Shown piece after piece: positions 10,415 to 20,392 of a stretch of 64,000 bases of DNA. Where the stretch lies: contig CBDFJR010000005.1 of the NCBI GenBank assembly GCA_965248535.1, positions 2,387,867-2,451,866 of the forward strand. Reading direction: 5' to 3'. The position numbers and the translations under genes are program-made. Within the stretch, counting starts at the first letter, position 1. Each line of letters starts with the position of its first letter. The DNA is from Phormidesmis sp. GTDB taxonomy: Bacteria; Cyanobacteriota; Cyanobacteriia; Leptolyngbyales; Leptolyngbyaceae. A model generated the notes under the pieces. That model was not told where the DNA came from. It saw nothing but the letters and a program-made list of their open reading frames with translations, and did no database searches.

Positions 10415-10705
10415 TAGACCTCCTGCATGACTAGGATCTAGAGATAAGCTGCTCTGCGATCGCGCTACGTTGAGTTCTGCTTCAGCCCCCTTCTATTCTC
10501 TCTTTGCTTCGACGATCCCTGGGAAGAGGATGTCCAAAAACAATAGGATTCACTGGGTTTCCCAACTATTTCTTTTTCAATAAATCAGCCCTGCCCCAGA
10601 ATTGGAGATTTAGGGGACTAAAGCCGACCGCAACACGGTGACAAAGCTTTATACACCGTGGCTCCTAAGGGGGAGGGCGAGACGTTGTACTTTGATCACA
10701 CGTTC

Positions 10706-11272
10706 CTAAGTAGGAGTGACCGTAGGCTCGCTGTCAGACACAGCCGGGTTGAGCGCTAACCCGACGCGGGAGATGCCCGTAAACAGAATGCTTGCTCCGA
10801 CTAGAGTGCCCAGCAGCCAAGGCGCATCGAAGGGGAACTGGAACCAGATCATCGCGCCTAGCAATAGCGTAATGATGCCATTGCCCAACACCCAAGTCCA
10901 ATTCTGCTGTGGGCGTAGTCGGAAGGCCAAAATTAGCTCAAACACGCCTTCACTCAGCAAGAAGCTGCCCAGCAAAATCGTCAGCGTTAAAACGCCCGAT
11001 AGCGGTGCCACAAACAGCATGATCCCCGTGCCGATATAGAGAATGCTTAACACCAGCTTCCAGGCAAAGCCACCTTCTTGACGGGTTTGAAAGGCATAGC
11101 CAAACTTGGCAAATCCGGCAGAGAGAATGATTAGAGCGATCCACGTCTCAGTGACGATCGTCGAAACCCCCGGCAAAAAGATGCCAGCTAACCCTAAAAC
11201 GATTAAGAGAATTCCAATCCAGAGCGACGAGTTTCTGGCTGGTTTGATTTCAGGTGGGACATTGGTAGTCAT
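10706..11272 (-). CDS. HdeD/DUF308 acid-resistance membrane protein
   Basis: Six TM helices with repeated G-rich pattern. Confidence 0.75.
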   Translation of the reverse strand: MTTNVPPEIKPARNSSLWIGILLIVLGLAGIFLPGVSTIVTETWIALIILSAGFAKFGYAFQTRQEGGFAWKLVLSILYIGTGIMLFVAPLSGVLTLTILLGSFLLSEGVFELILAFRLRPQQNWTWVLGNGIITLLLGAMIWFQFPFDAPWLLGTLVGASILFTGISRVGLALNPAVSDSEPTVTPT

Positions 11273-11393
11273 ATAAGAGTTTTCCTATACCTGGTTGAAT
11301 TGCACACTCAGAATAGAAAACTTCTCGGTCTTTAGGTAGCGTCTTAAGACAGAACTGCGATCGCGACGCATCAGACTTTAGCTAGAGACCGCC

Positions 11394-12215
<822 letters not shown>

Positions 12216-12218
12216 AAT

Positions 12219-13103
12219 CTAACGAGTCTTATAACGATTAGAAGTAACGAGACGAGACGCAATGTTAACGAATAGAACGATGCCAACGAGAATCACAGAT
12301 GCGCTCCACGCCAGCTTATTTTGCTCGGCATAGGCAGAACTCGCATAGTTATAAATCATGACGGATAGAGACGCGGTTGGGCTAGTCAAACCCTCAAACC
12401 AATTCTGGCTAAACAGCGCGGTGAATAGTAATGGAGCCGTTTCACCCGCCGCCCGTGCAACCGCCAGCAGAACGCCTGTAGTAATGCCGGGTAACGCGGT
12501 CGCGATCGTAACCCGAAACACCGTCTGAAATCGACTTGCCCCCAGCGCCGATGACGCAAGCCTCAAGGAAGTGGGCACTAACTTTAAGGCTTCTTCGGTC
12601 GCTAAAACGACGATCGGCAGCATGATCACCGCCAAGGCAAAGCCACCTGCTAAGGCCGAAAACCCTTTAAACGTCAGCACGATGACCGCGTAGGCAAACA
12701 CTCCCACCACGATCGAGGGCACCCCACTTAACACGGTGACCACAAAACGAATCACCTGAGCGATCGCTTTGCCTTGACTAAATTCTGCGAGATAAATGGC
12801 CGTTAAGATGCCCACCGGGATGCTAATCAAAGAGGCGATGCCGACCATAATCACGGTGCCAACGATCGCGTTTGCAAATCCGTTCGGTACGCCCTCCATG
12901 CCAACCGGGGCAGGGAGATTGGTCAACACTTCCCATTTCAAATTAGGCACGCCCTGACGCAAAATTTCAATCAAAATTGCCAACAGCGGCAGCAGCGCCA
13001 GCCCTGAAAATAGAGCGGCGATCGTCGTCATTCCATAATTAAAAGCGGCTCGTGCCGGAGCCAAGGGGCGACAAAGTTCTTGAGCGATCGCGTCTTGTTT
13101 CAT
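12219..13103 (-). CDS. pstA: Phosphate ABC transporter permease
   Basis: VPSIVVGVF and ARAAGETAPL motifs. Confidence 0.95.
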   Translation of the reverse strand: MKQDAIAQELCRPLAPARAAFNYGMTTIAALFSGLALLPLLAILIEILRQGVPNLKWEVLTNLPAPVGMEGVPNGFANAIVGTVIMVGIASLISIPVGILTAIYLAEFSQGKAIAQVIRFVVTVLSGVPSIVVGVFAYAVIVLTFKGFSALAGGFALAVIMLPIVVLATEEALKLVPTSLRLASSALGASRFQTVFRVTIATALPGITTGVLLAVARAAGETAPLLFTALFSQNWFEGLTSPTASLSVMIYNYASSAYAEQNKLAWSASVILVGIVLFVNIASRLVTSNRYKTR

Positions 13104-14089
13104 GATTGACCACCCGCGTTGAGAAACTTGACCATAACGATCGCAATCATATTCACGATCAGCGTTAACGCAAACAGAATCAAAGCTAGATACATTAACG
13201 CACCGATGTGCAGTCCATCACTCGCTTCAGCGAATTGATTAGCCAACAGAGCCGGAATGGTATTACCAGGGTTTAATAACGATGTGCTGATCTGATCAGA
13301 GTTGCCAATCACCATCGTGACGGCCATCGTCTCACCTAATGCTCTGCCTAACCCCAACATAGCGGCTCCTAAAATACCAGAGATTGCCGACGGCAACAGC
13401 ACTCTAAACGTAGTCTCCCACGGAGTCGCGCCTAAAGAAGCCGAAGCGCTGCGAAGTTCTTTAGGAATCGCAATTAACACGTCGCGGCTAATGGCGGCGA
13501 TCGTGGGCAAAATCATAATCGCTAAAATAATTCCTGCGATCAACAAACTCGGCCCCGCAGGCTCAGAATTAAAAATAGGAATCCAGCTAAAGTGCTGAAA
13601 TAACCCTTGTTGAATCGGCTGGAGGAATGGGATCAGCACAAAAATTCCCCACAAGCCGACAATCACACTGGGAATCGCGGCAATGAGTTCGACAATGAAC
13701 GCGATCGGGGATCGTAACCACGGCGGCAAAAAGCTTTCACTCGTGACGATCGCCACCGCCAACCCGATCGGCAGGGCAATCAGTAGCGCGATCGCAGAAC
13801 TCACTAACGTGCCATAGATATAGGGCAGTGCGCCAAAAGCGAGGGCATTAATATCCCAGTTTTGAGTTGTCAAAAAGCCTAGACCAAACCGCTCGATCGC
13901 GGGTCGAGCTTGCCCAAAAATCACCCAACTCATCCAGCCTAAAACAATCACGACCGACACCGACACCGCTTGAACCAGCCAGGTAAACCCCTGATCAATC
14001 AAAGAGTGGTTGCCTTCTTGACCCGTGAGATCAGTTCCTGGGAGGTCTCGACCGACAGATTTATGGGCAGGCTCAGGGGATGCGGTCAT
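13100..14089 (-). CDS. pstC: Phosphate ABC transporter permease
   Basis: ELIAAIPSV and GRALGETMAV motifs. Confidence 0.95.
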   Translation of the reverse strand: MTASPEPAHKSVGRDLPGTDLTGQEGNHSLIDQGFTWLVQAVSVSVVIVLGWMSWVIFGQARPAIERFGLGFLTTQNWDINALAFGALPYIYGTLVSSAIALLIALPIGLAVAIVTSESFLPPWLRSPIAFIVELIAAIPSVIVGLWGIFVLIPFLQPIQQGLFQHFSWIPIFNSEPAGPSLLIAGIILAIMILPTIAAISRDVLIAIPKELRSASASLGATPWETTFRVLLPSAISGILGAAMLGLGRALGETMAVTMVIGNSDQISTSLLNPGNTIPALLANQFAEASDGLHIGALMYLALILFALTLIVNMIAIVMVKFLNAGGQS

Positions 14090-14127
14090 GAGTTTATCTG
14101 ACTCTGATGGGTGAATGGGCTAGACCC

Positions 14128-14160
14128 ACGTAGGGGCATGGCAACGCCACACCCCTACGT
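14128..14160. repeat. REP-like palindrome GTAGGGGC...CCCCTAC
   Basis: acgtaggggcatggcaacgccacacccctacgt between porin and pstC. Confidence 0.7.
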
Positions 14161-14221
14161 AAATCTTTGACCTAATTGTCTTGACGATCGACAAGAGTTC
14201 TTGAGACCACAAAGTGGTTCT

Positions 14222-16015
14222 TTAGAACACGAAGGTTGTGCGAATGGTGCCAATATACTCAGTGGCGTTGCTGCTGTTGTGTTCTGGGTTCAAGATCACG
14301 AGCAGACCCGGTGTGATCGAGATGTTGTCATTGAGGCGATAGCGATAAAAGCCCTCGACATGGAGAGAGGTATCGAGATCGCGACGACGCGCTTGGTTGA
14401 CGAGGGGGTTTCTGACTCCATAGTCGCTGCCCGACGTTTTAGGAGGCATTCCGACAACGATGCCTGCCAGGTTGCCTTCTTTTAAGAAATCAGGGAACGC
14501 CAAGGTCACGGCCCAGTTCCAGATGTTGGCAATGTCGCCTTTGTTGATAATCGGGTTAGCAGGGATGTTGCCTCCTGTCTTTAAGGCTTCGGCGCGGGTG
14601 TAGCCACCCCATGCCGAGATAATCATGCCAGGGTTGAGCCGGAAGCTTCCTTCTAGCCCAAACGCATTGGTTTTCGTCGGCGTGATGTTAACAGCGTTGT
14701 TAAAGGGGCTGTCAGCAAACGCGCTGCCAGTGCCGCCTGAGATGCCAACGCCGTTGCGGTAATAGCCGTTCACATAGGTGAAACCGAGACTCAGTGCAGG
14801 TGTGGGCTGAAACACCAGTTGACCTAGGGCAGCATAGTTGCCGTTAAACAAGCCGTTGCCGTCAACTGGGTTGCTAGCAATTGCAGTCGGCACCAGGTAA
14901 CCCAAAGACAGACTAAATTTACTGCCGAGGGTATATTCTGAACCGAACTTGTGGTTGAGAACCAATCCAGTACCCGTGGCGGCGCGGTAGATGGGGTTAA
15001 ATCGACCAAAGCGCGAAATCGAACCGTTGGCGCTAGATTCGGTCGGACTCAGCGTAGGCACGATGTCGTTATATTCCAGACCATCGTTGGTGCCCGTGCC
15101 GATATAGACGGTTGTCAAATCTCCCAGCGGGAAGCGATATTCTAACCGTGAGAGTTCGACGGAGTTGCCGTTATCGCCATCAAAGCCTAGCCGGGTCATG
15201 TTAGTGCCCGTGGTGGCAGTGTTAAACGCGACGGTGTTTCTGGCTTGTAGTCGAGTTCTCAAGCGGTCTTTGCCTGAGAAACTGGTGTCAAGGTTGAGTC
15301 GAACCCGATCGCTAAAGATCGTGTTTTCGCGCACACTGCGACCGTTAGGAAGAAACGTGTTGCGCTGCGCTTCTCTCTGAGCAGGCGTGAGGGCTGGGTT
15401 ATCGACTTGACGCTGTTGGTCAGAGGTGAGGGCCCGATCGTCCCCAATGGCACCACTGACAGCAAAGATAATCTCGCCGTTGAGCTTGGTCGTTGTTGAA
15501 AATTGCTGCTTTTCTAAAGTAGTGGTGCGCGCTTCGAGGGCATCTACTTGACCGCGCAGGGTTGCCAACTCAGCCGCAAATTCTTCTTGTAGCTTTTGCA
15601 GAGTCGCTAAGTCTTCTTTTTTGACCAAATCAGCCGTTGATGCCGCGATTAACTCGTTGACGCGATCGAGACACGCATTCAACCCGGCCGCAAACTCAAA
15701 GCGAGACAGGGCCCGATTGCCGCGATAGGTTTTATCGGGGTAGCCTGCAATGCAGCCATAGCGCTCGACTAAAGATTGTAGTGCCTGAAAAGCCCAGTCA
15801 GTGGGTCTGACATCTGAGAGTTGGGACACTGAGGTGACTTGACCCAAAATCACAGCAGGATTTGCGGGCAAAGTCTCGATCGAGGCAACTGAGGGGGCCT
15901 CTTGTTTCAAAGCGGGGTTAACTGTTGTCTGCGCTGAGGCACAGGCCGCAACTAATGCGGACGCACCCAAAAGCATTGGGGTAACTAGCAGTGATCTCCA
16001 AATCGTTAGAGACAT
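14222..16015 (-). CDS. SLH-domain cyanobacterial porin (SomA/OprB type)
   Basis: QVTSVSQLSDVRPTDWAFQALQSLVERYGC SLH domain, FSTTTKL, RTTFVF C-terminus. Confidence 0.92.
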   Translation of the reverse strand: MSLTIWRSLLVTPMLLGASALVAACASAQTTVNPALKQEAPSVASIETLPANPAVILGQVTSVSQLSDVRPTDWAFQALQSLVERYGCIAGYPDKTYRGNRALSRFEFAAGLNACLDRVNELIAASTADLVKKEDLATLQKLQEEFAAELATLRGQVDALEARTTTLEKQQFSTTTKLNGEIIFAVSGAIGDDRALTSDQQRQVDNPALTPAQREAQRNTFLPNGRSVRENTIFSDRVRLNLDTSFSGKDRLRTRLQARNTVAFNTATTGTNMTRLGFDGDNGNSVELSRLEYRFPLGDLTTVYIGTGTNDGLEYNDIVPTLSPTESSANGSISRFGRFNPIYRAATGTGLVLNHKFGSEYTLGSKFSLSLGYLVPTAIASNPVDGNGLFNGNYAALGQLVFQPTPALSLGFTYVNGYYRNGVGISGGTGSAFADSPFNNAVNITPTKTNAFGLEGSFRLNPGMIISAWGGYTRAEALKTGGNIPANPIINKGDIANIWNWAVTLAFPDFLKEGNLAGIVVGMPPKTSGSDYGVRNPLVNQARRRDLDTSLHVEGFYRYRLNDNISITPGLLVILNPEHNSSNATEYIGTIRTTFVF

Positions 16016-16084
16016 TTCAACTCCTCACATTTTAAAAGACTGAGAACCGATGGATGACGGACTACGATCGTCCCTGATTGAGTT

Positions 16085-16114
16085 TTAGGGACGATTTAGA
16101 TAAATCGCCCCTAA
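16085..16114. other. Intercistronic stem-loop after pstS
   Basis: ttagggacgattta/taaatcgcccctaa imperfect inverted repeat. Confidence 0.55.
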
Positions 16115-16126
16115 GAGTATAAATGA

Positions 16127-17164
16127 CTAGGGCCTAACTTCGCTCTTGACCGTTTGCAAAGCGCGGGCTGCCGTTTCAGTAGGAATGCTCGTGTATTGAA
16201 GGCTGTTGTTGAGCTTTTGACCGTCGGTTAGCACCCACTCAATCCATTTCTTCATGGCTGCTGCTTTATCCGGATCATATTGCTTATAAACCATCATCCA
16301 GGTTAGCCCGGTGATGGGGTAGCCAGCTTTGGGATCGCCTTCAAACACGCGAAAGTTGGCAGGAAATGTAACGGTCGAGAGGGCTTCGTTAGCTGACTCA
16401 ACCGAGGGCATCATGAATTCGCCCTTTTGGTTTTGCACTTGAGCGATCGACAGGTTGTTTTGTTTGGCGTAAGCATATTCAACATAGCCAACACTGTTAG
16501 CGGTGCGCGACACCTGAGCCGCAACGCCTGCATTGCCCTTGCCTTTGATGGGGTTGGTCGTCCATTTAGGAGCCGTGCCAAACCCGACTCTGCCCTTAAA
16601 GTAGGGGCTAACCGTGCTCAAGTGATTGGTGAAAATAAAGGTGGTGCCGCTGCCATCGGCCCGGACAACGCTCTTGATTTCGGTGTTGGGTAGATTGACA
16701 CCCGGATTGTCTTTGACAATTTTAGGATCGTTCCACCGAGTGATTTTTCCGGCAAAAATTTCGGGCAGAGCGGTGCGAGATAGTTTGAGTCCAGAAACGC
16801 CCGGAAGGTTATAGACCACGGCAACTGCGCCGCCTGCGGTGGGCACCAAAATCACCCCTTTTCCGACTTTCTTGATGTCGTCATCGGTCATGGCCGCGTC
16901 ACTGCCGCCAAAATCGACTACGCCTGCAATGACTTGTTTGATGCCGCCACCGCTGCCGATCGCTTGATAGTTGACCTTGATGTCAGGATTTTTGCTCTGA
17001 AATTCAGCAATATAGCGCTCATAAAGGGGAGCCGGGAAGGTGGCTCCGGCACCGTTGAGCGTGACGGCTTGCGCGATCGCCGTGAGGATCGGCCCAAAGG
17101 CGATTGCTGCGGTGACAACTGAGGTTGTTAAGGTTCGACGAAAAGCAACTGTTGAAAAAGCCAT
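16127..17164 (-). CDS. pstS: Phosphate-binding periplasmic protein
   Basis: GAGATFP, GSGGG and RADGSGTT motifs; signal peptide from ATG 17164. Confidence 0.95.
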   Translation of the reverse strand: MAFSTVAFRRTLTTSVVTAAIAFGPILTAIAQAVTLNGAGATFPAPLYERYIAEFQSKNPDIKVNYQAIGSGGGIKQVIAGVVDFGGSDAAMTDDDIKKVGKGVILVPTAGGAVAVVYNLPGVSGLKLSRTALPEIFAGKITRWNDPKIVKDNPGVNLPNTEIKSVVRADGSGTTFIFTNHLSTVSPYFKGRVGFGTAPKWTTNPIKGKGNAGVAAQVSRTANSVGYVEYAYAKQNNLSIAQVQNQKGEFMMPSVESANEALSTVTFPANFRVFEGDPKAGYPITGLTWMMVYKQYDPDKAAAMKKWIEWVLTDGQKLNNSLQYTSIPTETAARALQTVKSEVRP

Positions 17165-17273
17165 TGTGCGGTCCTCAAGCAAAGACTGATTAGAAATTGA
17201 GTGATCAATCAAACAATCTCTGACAACCCTACAATTGAAGTGGTTAAGCACAAACAAACGGACGAATAAATAA

Positions 17274-17303
17274 TTGTTAATTTTGGGTAAAGTTCAGTTT
17301 AAG
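17274..17303 (-). promoter_or_regulatory. Pho box (SphR/PhoB site)
   Basis: Minus strand CTTAAACT-gaa-CTTTACCC-aaa-ATTAACAA: three 8-mers at 11-bp period upstream of pstS. Confidence 0.8.
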
Positions 17304-17757
17304 GCGAACTTTAATTTGGGGTTGTCTCAGTGTTTCGGCTTAAAAAGTCTGCGCTCAATCATCACAGGTGACATTCTTAGGTACAATCTCTCTGAGGGAT
17401 GATTATCTGAGACTAAGAACCTAGAAACTTTTGAAATCAAAGATTTAGAGCCGTTTAGAGAACTTGAGACAAATCCTAGATTGTTGCCGTTGAGAATTGA
17501 ACTAGCGGCGATCGCTTCGTGATTGATGCAGTCATTTTTGTTGACTATCGTATGATTGAATGCTGAATTTGCAGACCTTGGCTGATGAGCAAATCTAGGT
17601 TGATGCGGGATTTAGATCTCATCAACTTTAAGGTTCAAAACCGCTTGAATCTAGCGCGATTTGTTGTTTAAACTACTGATGAAACCCGTTTTGTTTTGCA
17701 CGATCGCTGTGCCGAAGTGATTTTAGATTTCAGCCCCCCTTATTCTCAACAACCGTC

Positions 17758-18876
17758 ATGCAGAGCGAATTCGGAAAACTTCCGTCCATTCCCCAATTTT
17801 CTTTCTTCAACAATTTGCCTGCTCCGGTAAAAGCCCTAGTGAGACCGATGTTGTTTGCTTCAGTGGGGCTTCATGCGCTGTTCTTGTTTGTGCCCCTTCC
17901 GGGCGAACATCAGCCACCAAAACCTGCTCCAGAAAAGACGGTTAAAGTCACTCAGCTACCGCCTGCCAGCAAATCAAAGTCCAATGTTCCAGCGTTGCCC
18001 AAAGTCGCGATCGCGCCTCCAAAACCTGTGATCCCGGCGGCTCGCCCCAATGCGATCACGATTCCTGCGCTGATCAAGCCCATCCCGGTTGCTCAACCCA
18101 CCCCCGCAGCAGCCGCCCCTCCAAAACCGACTCCGGCAGCGACACCCGGCAGTGACGCTCCACCAGCGACGGCTGCCGCTAACAACCCGTTTGCCGATTT
18201 TCCGCACTATGCCAACGCTACGCCGGGTTCTTTTGGGTCACTGTCGGCCGGGTTAGACCCTTCAAGTTTTCAGACTAGCGATCCCTTAGCGACTGTGGAA
18301 GGGTTCTTCACCAAAGAACTCCCTAAAAAGCAGTTTGAAATGGGGACTCCGACCAATCTGGGCAGCGTTAAAGTGATTTCAGTCACTAAGGGTGGCGTGA
18401 CAAAATATCTGCACCTGCTGGCCCGCGACGGCAAGGGAACGGTCTTTTTGCTGCTAGACACTCCGATCGATATCAACTCGCTCCCCAAAGACACCAAAAT
18501 TGCCACGGAGCCACCTGAAAAGCTAGAGCTAACGCAAAGCTTTACCGATCTTGCCGAGCAGGTCAACTTTGTCACCAACAACCCTGACACAGAATTGAGC
18601 GACCCGACTAGTTTTATTTCAGCGCCGGGCATTGAGTTTGACCAGGGCAAAGCAACCGAAATCGGAGCAGGCGCGACGGTTCAGCTAGCGCAATTAGATG
18701 CCATGGTGCAGACAAAATTAGCTAGCATTGGGTTTACGGTGAGCGCAGCGGCCCCTTATGGCGGCGGCAGTGTTTACCAGATCACTAAAAATTCCTACAC
18801 GCGCTATCTGGCGATCGCGCCGACTAAAGATGGCGGTGGCTGGGTCTATGTTTTTGAGAAGGCTCCTAGTCGGTAG
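17758..18876 (+). CDS. Membrane-anchored Pro/Ala-rich hypothetical protein
   Basis: SVGLHAL TonB-like anchor, Pro-rich linker, two loosely similar C-terminal modules. Confidence 0.65.
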   Translation: MQSEFGKLPSIPQFSFFNNLPAPVKALVRPMLFASVGLHALFLFVPLPGEHQPPKPAPEKTVKVTQLPPASKSKSNVPALPKVAIAPPKPVIPAARPNAITIPALIKPIPVAQPTPAAAAPPKPTPAATPGSDAPPATAAANNPFADFPHYANATPGSFGSLSAGLDPSSFQTSDPLATVEGFFTKELPKKQFEMGTPTNLGSVKVISVTKGGVTKYLHLLARDGKGTVFLLLDTPIDINSLPKDTKIATEPPEKLELTQSFTDLAEQVNFVTNNPDTELSDPTSFISAPGIEFDQGKATEIGAGATVQLAQLDAMVQTKLASIGFTVSAAAPYGGGSVYQITKNSYTRYLAIAPTKDGGGWVYVFEKAPSR

Positions 18877-18884
18877 AGGTTGCC

Positions 18885-19424
18885 ATGAGTGAACAACTAG
18901 AGATCATTGAATTGGGACATCCGATATTGCGTCAGATTGCCCAGCCGATTTTGGACGTTGGGGATCACGTCCTGCAAACGCTGATTGATGATTTATTGTT
19001 GACCGTCAAACAGGCGAATGGGGTCGGCATTGCGGCCCCGCAGGTTGCCCGATCATGGCAGTTGATGATTATCGCCTCTCGCCCAAACCCTCGTTACCCG
19101 ACTGCGCCAGAGATGGAGCCGATGGCGATTTTAAACCCGCGAATTTTGTCCCACTCTACGGAGACCGCGATCGGGTGGGAAGGCTGTCTGAGCGTTCCGG
19201 GGCTGCGGGGTCAAGTGCCGAGATATCGGGCCGTAGAGATCGAATACCTCGATCGCCAAGGCAGGTTGCAAAAAATGGAGATGACCGATTTCGTTGCCCG
19301 CATTTTTCAGCACGAGTTTGATCATTTGAAGGGGATGGTGTTTCTCGATCGGGTCGAGACCCTTGAAGCGATCGCAACCGAACAGGACTATCAGCGACAA
19401 CTAGCAGCCTCAGCGAAAGAATAA
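18885..19424 (+). CDS. def: Peptide deformylase
   Basis: GVGIAAPQV, EGCLS and QHEFDHL motifs. Confidence 0.95.
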   Translation: MSEQLEIIELGHPILRQIAQPILDVGDHVLQTLIDDLLLTVKQANGVGIAAPQVARSWQLMIIASRPNPRYPTAPEMEPMAILNPRILSHSTETAIGWEGCLSVPGLRGQVPRYRAVEIEYLDRQGRLQKMEMTDFVARIFQHEFDHLKGMVFLDRVETLEAIATEQDYQRQLAASAKE

Positions 19425-19781
19425 ATAGCGCGCTCCAATGCCAAATAGAAAAACACCGTAGAGTTTTTTCATTATCTCACTGCTGATAAAGGGTTGATTA
19501 GCAAACAGCGCTCCGAACAAATTGCCGACCAATAAACCTAGCGCGATCAAGACCGCATCTCGAATGTTGAGATTGCCATTGCGCTGATAGACAATCGCGC
19601 CGAGGATTCCGATCGGAAGAATTTGAGCCGCCAGTGACGTTCCGGTGGCAAATTTTTGATCCATTCCCATTAACAGCACCATTGCCGGAACCATGATCGC
19701 GCCGCCCCCAATGCCAAACATTCCGCCTGCAATGCCCGCCACCAACCCAATCACCAATAGCTGAATGATCTCAGTAGACAT
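19410..19781 (-). CDS. TauE/SafE family half-size membrane protein
   Basis: GMFGIGGGAIMVP and ATGTSL motifs. Confidence 0.8.
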   Translation of the reverse strand: MSTEIIQLLVIGLVAGIAGGMFGIGGGAIMVPAMVLLMGMDQKFATGTSLAAQILPIGILGAIVYQRNGNLNIRDAVLIALGLLVGNLFGALFANQPFISSEIMKKLYGVFLFGIGARYLFFR

Positions 19782-20145
19782 CTGATAAGCCCCCTTTAGC
19801 CGTGTTTGTAGAAGACTTTATCCTAGAGCAACTCTTCTCAAAAAAGCGTCACCAAAGCTAGATTATTTGATCTGGCGATAGAGCCATTAGCCGATCGTGC
19901 AATTATTCTATTTCTCGGCAGACGAGATGGGCCAAAACCTGAGCCTTGCTGAGTTCGTTGACCAGTCGCTGCGCTTGATGCTTGTAGAGTGGATAGTCTA
20001 AACCACCTAACCCACAGACCAAAAAAGTAGTTGAGTCTAAGCTTAAGTCCGTTTTGTTAGAGGGTATTGCTGGATTCATGAATAGACGATTGAGGGAATG
20101 GACTTCTCCAGATCTGCGACTTCTTCAGATCCCCGACTTCTTCAA

Positions 20146-20367
20146 CTCGACTTTAGCCATTTACGAGTTTGCTGGGTTACAGCAGCATCAGGGTTTCATG
20201 GAATGACCAGGGATTAAAACCGGACTACCCATTTGAGGCACTCCGGTTTAATTCTAAATTCCCGCCCTGTAAGGGTTTCGGGATTTTGCTTCCAAATTGC
20301 TCTGATCCGCACTGCGATCGCCGTTCAAGGCAGTGAACTCCATAACTCTCAAATGGCTAAAGTCGAG
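20146..20367. mobile_element. 222-bp MITE with TIRs and TTCAA target duplication
   Basis: CTCGACTTTAGCCATTT / AAATGGCTAAAGTCGAG ends; TTCAA at 20141-20145 and 20368-20372. Confidence 0.8.
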
Positions 20368-20392
20368 TTCAAGAAGTCGGGGATCTTCGCCT

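Noticed and set aside
10413..10640. aatagacctcctgca and ccccagaattggagatttagggg motifs resembling cyanobacterial dispersed repeats
   Set aside because: Degenerate; no matching second end or target duplication visible
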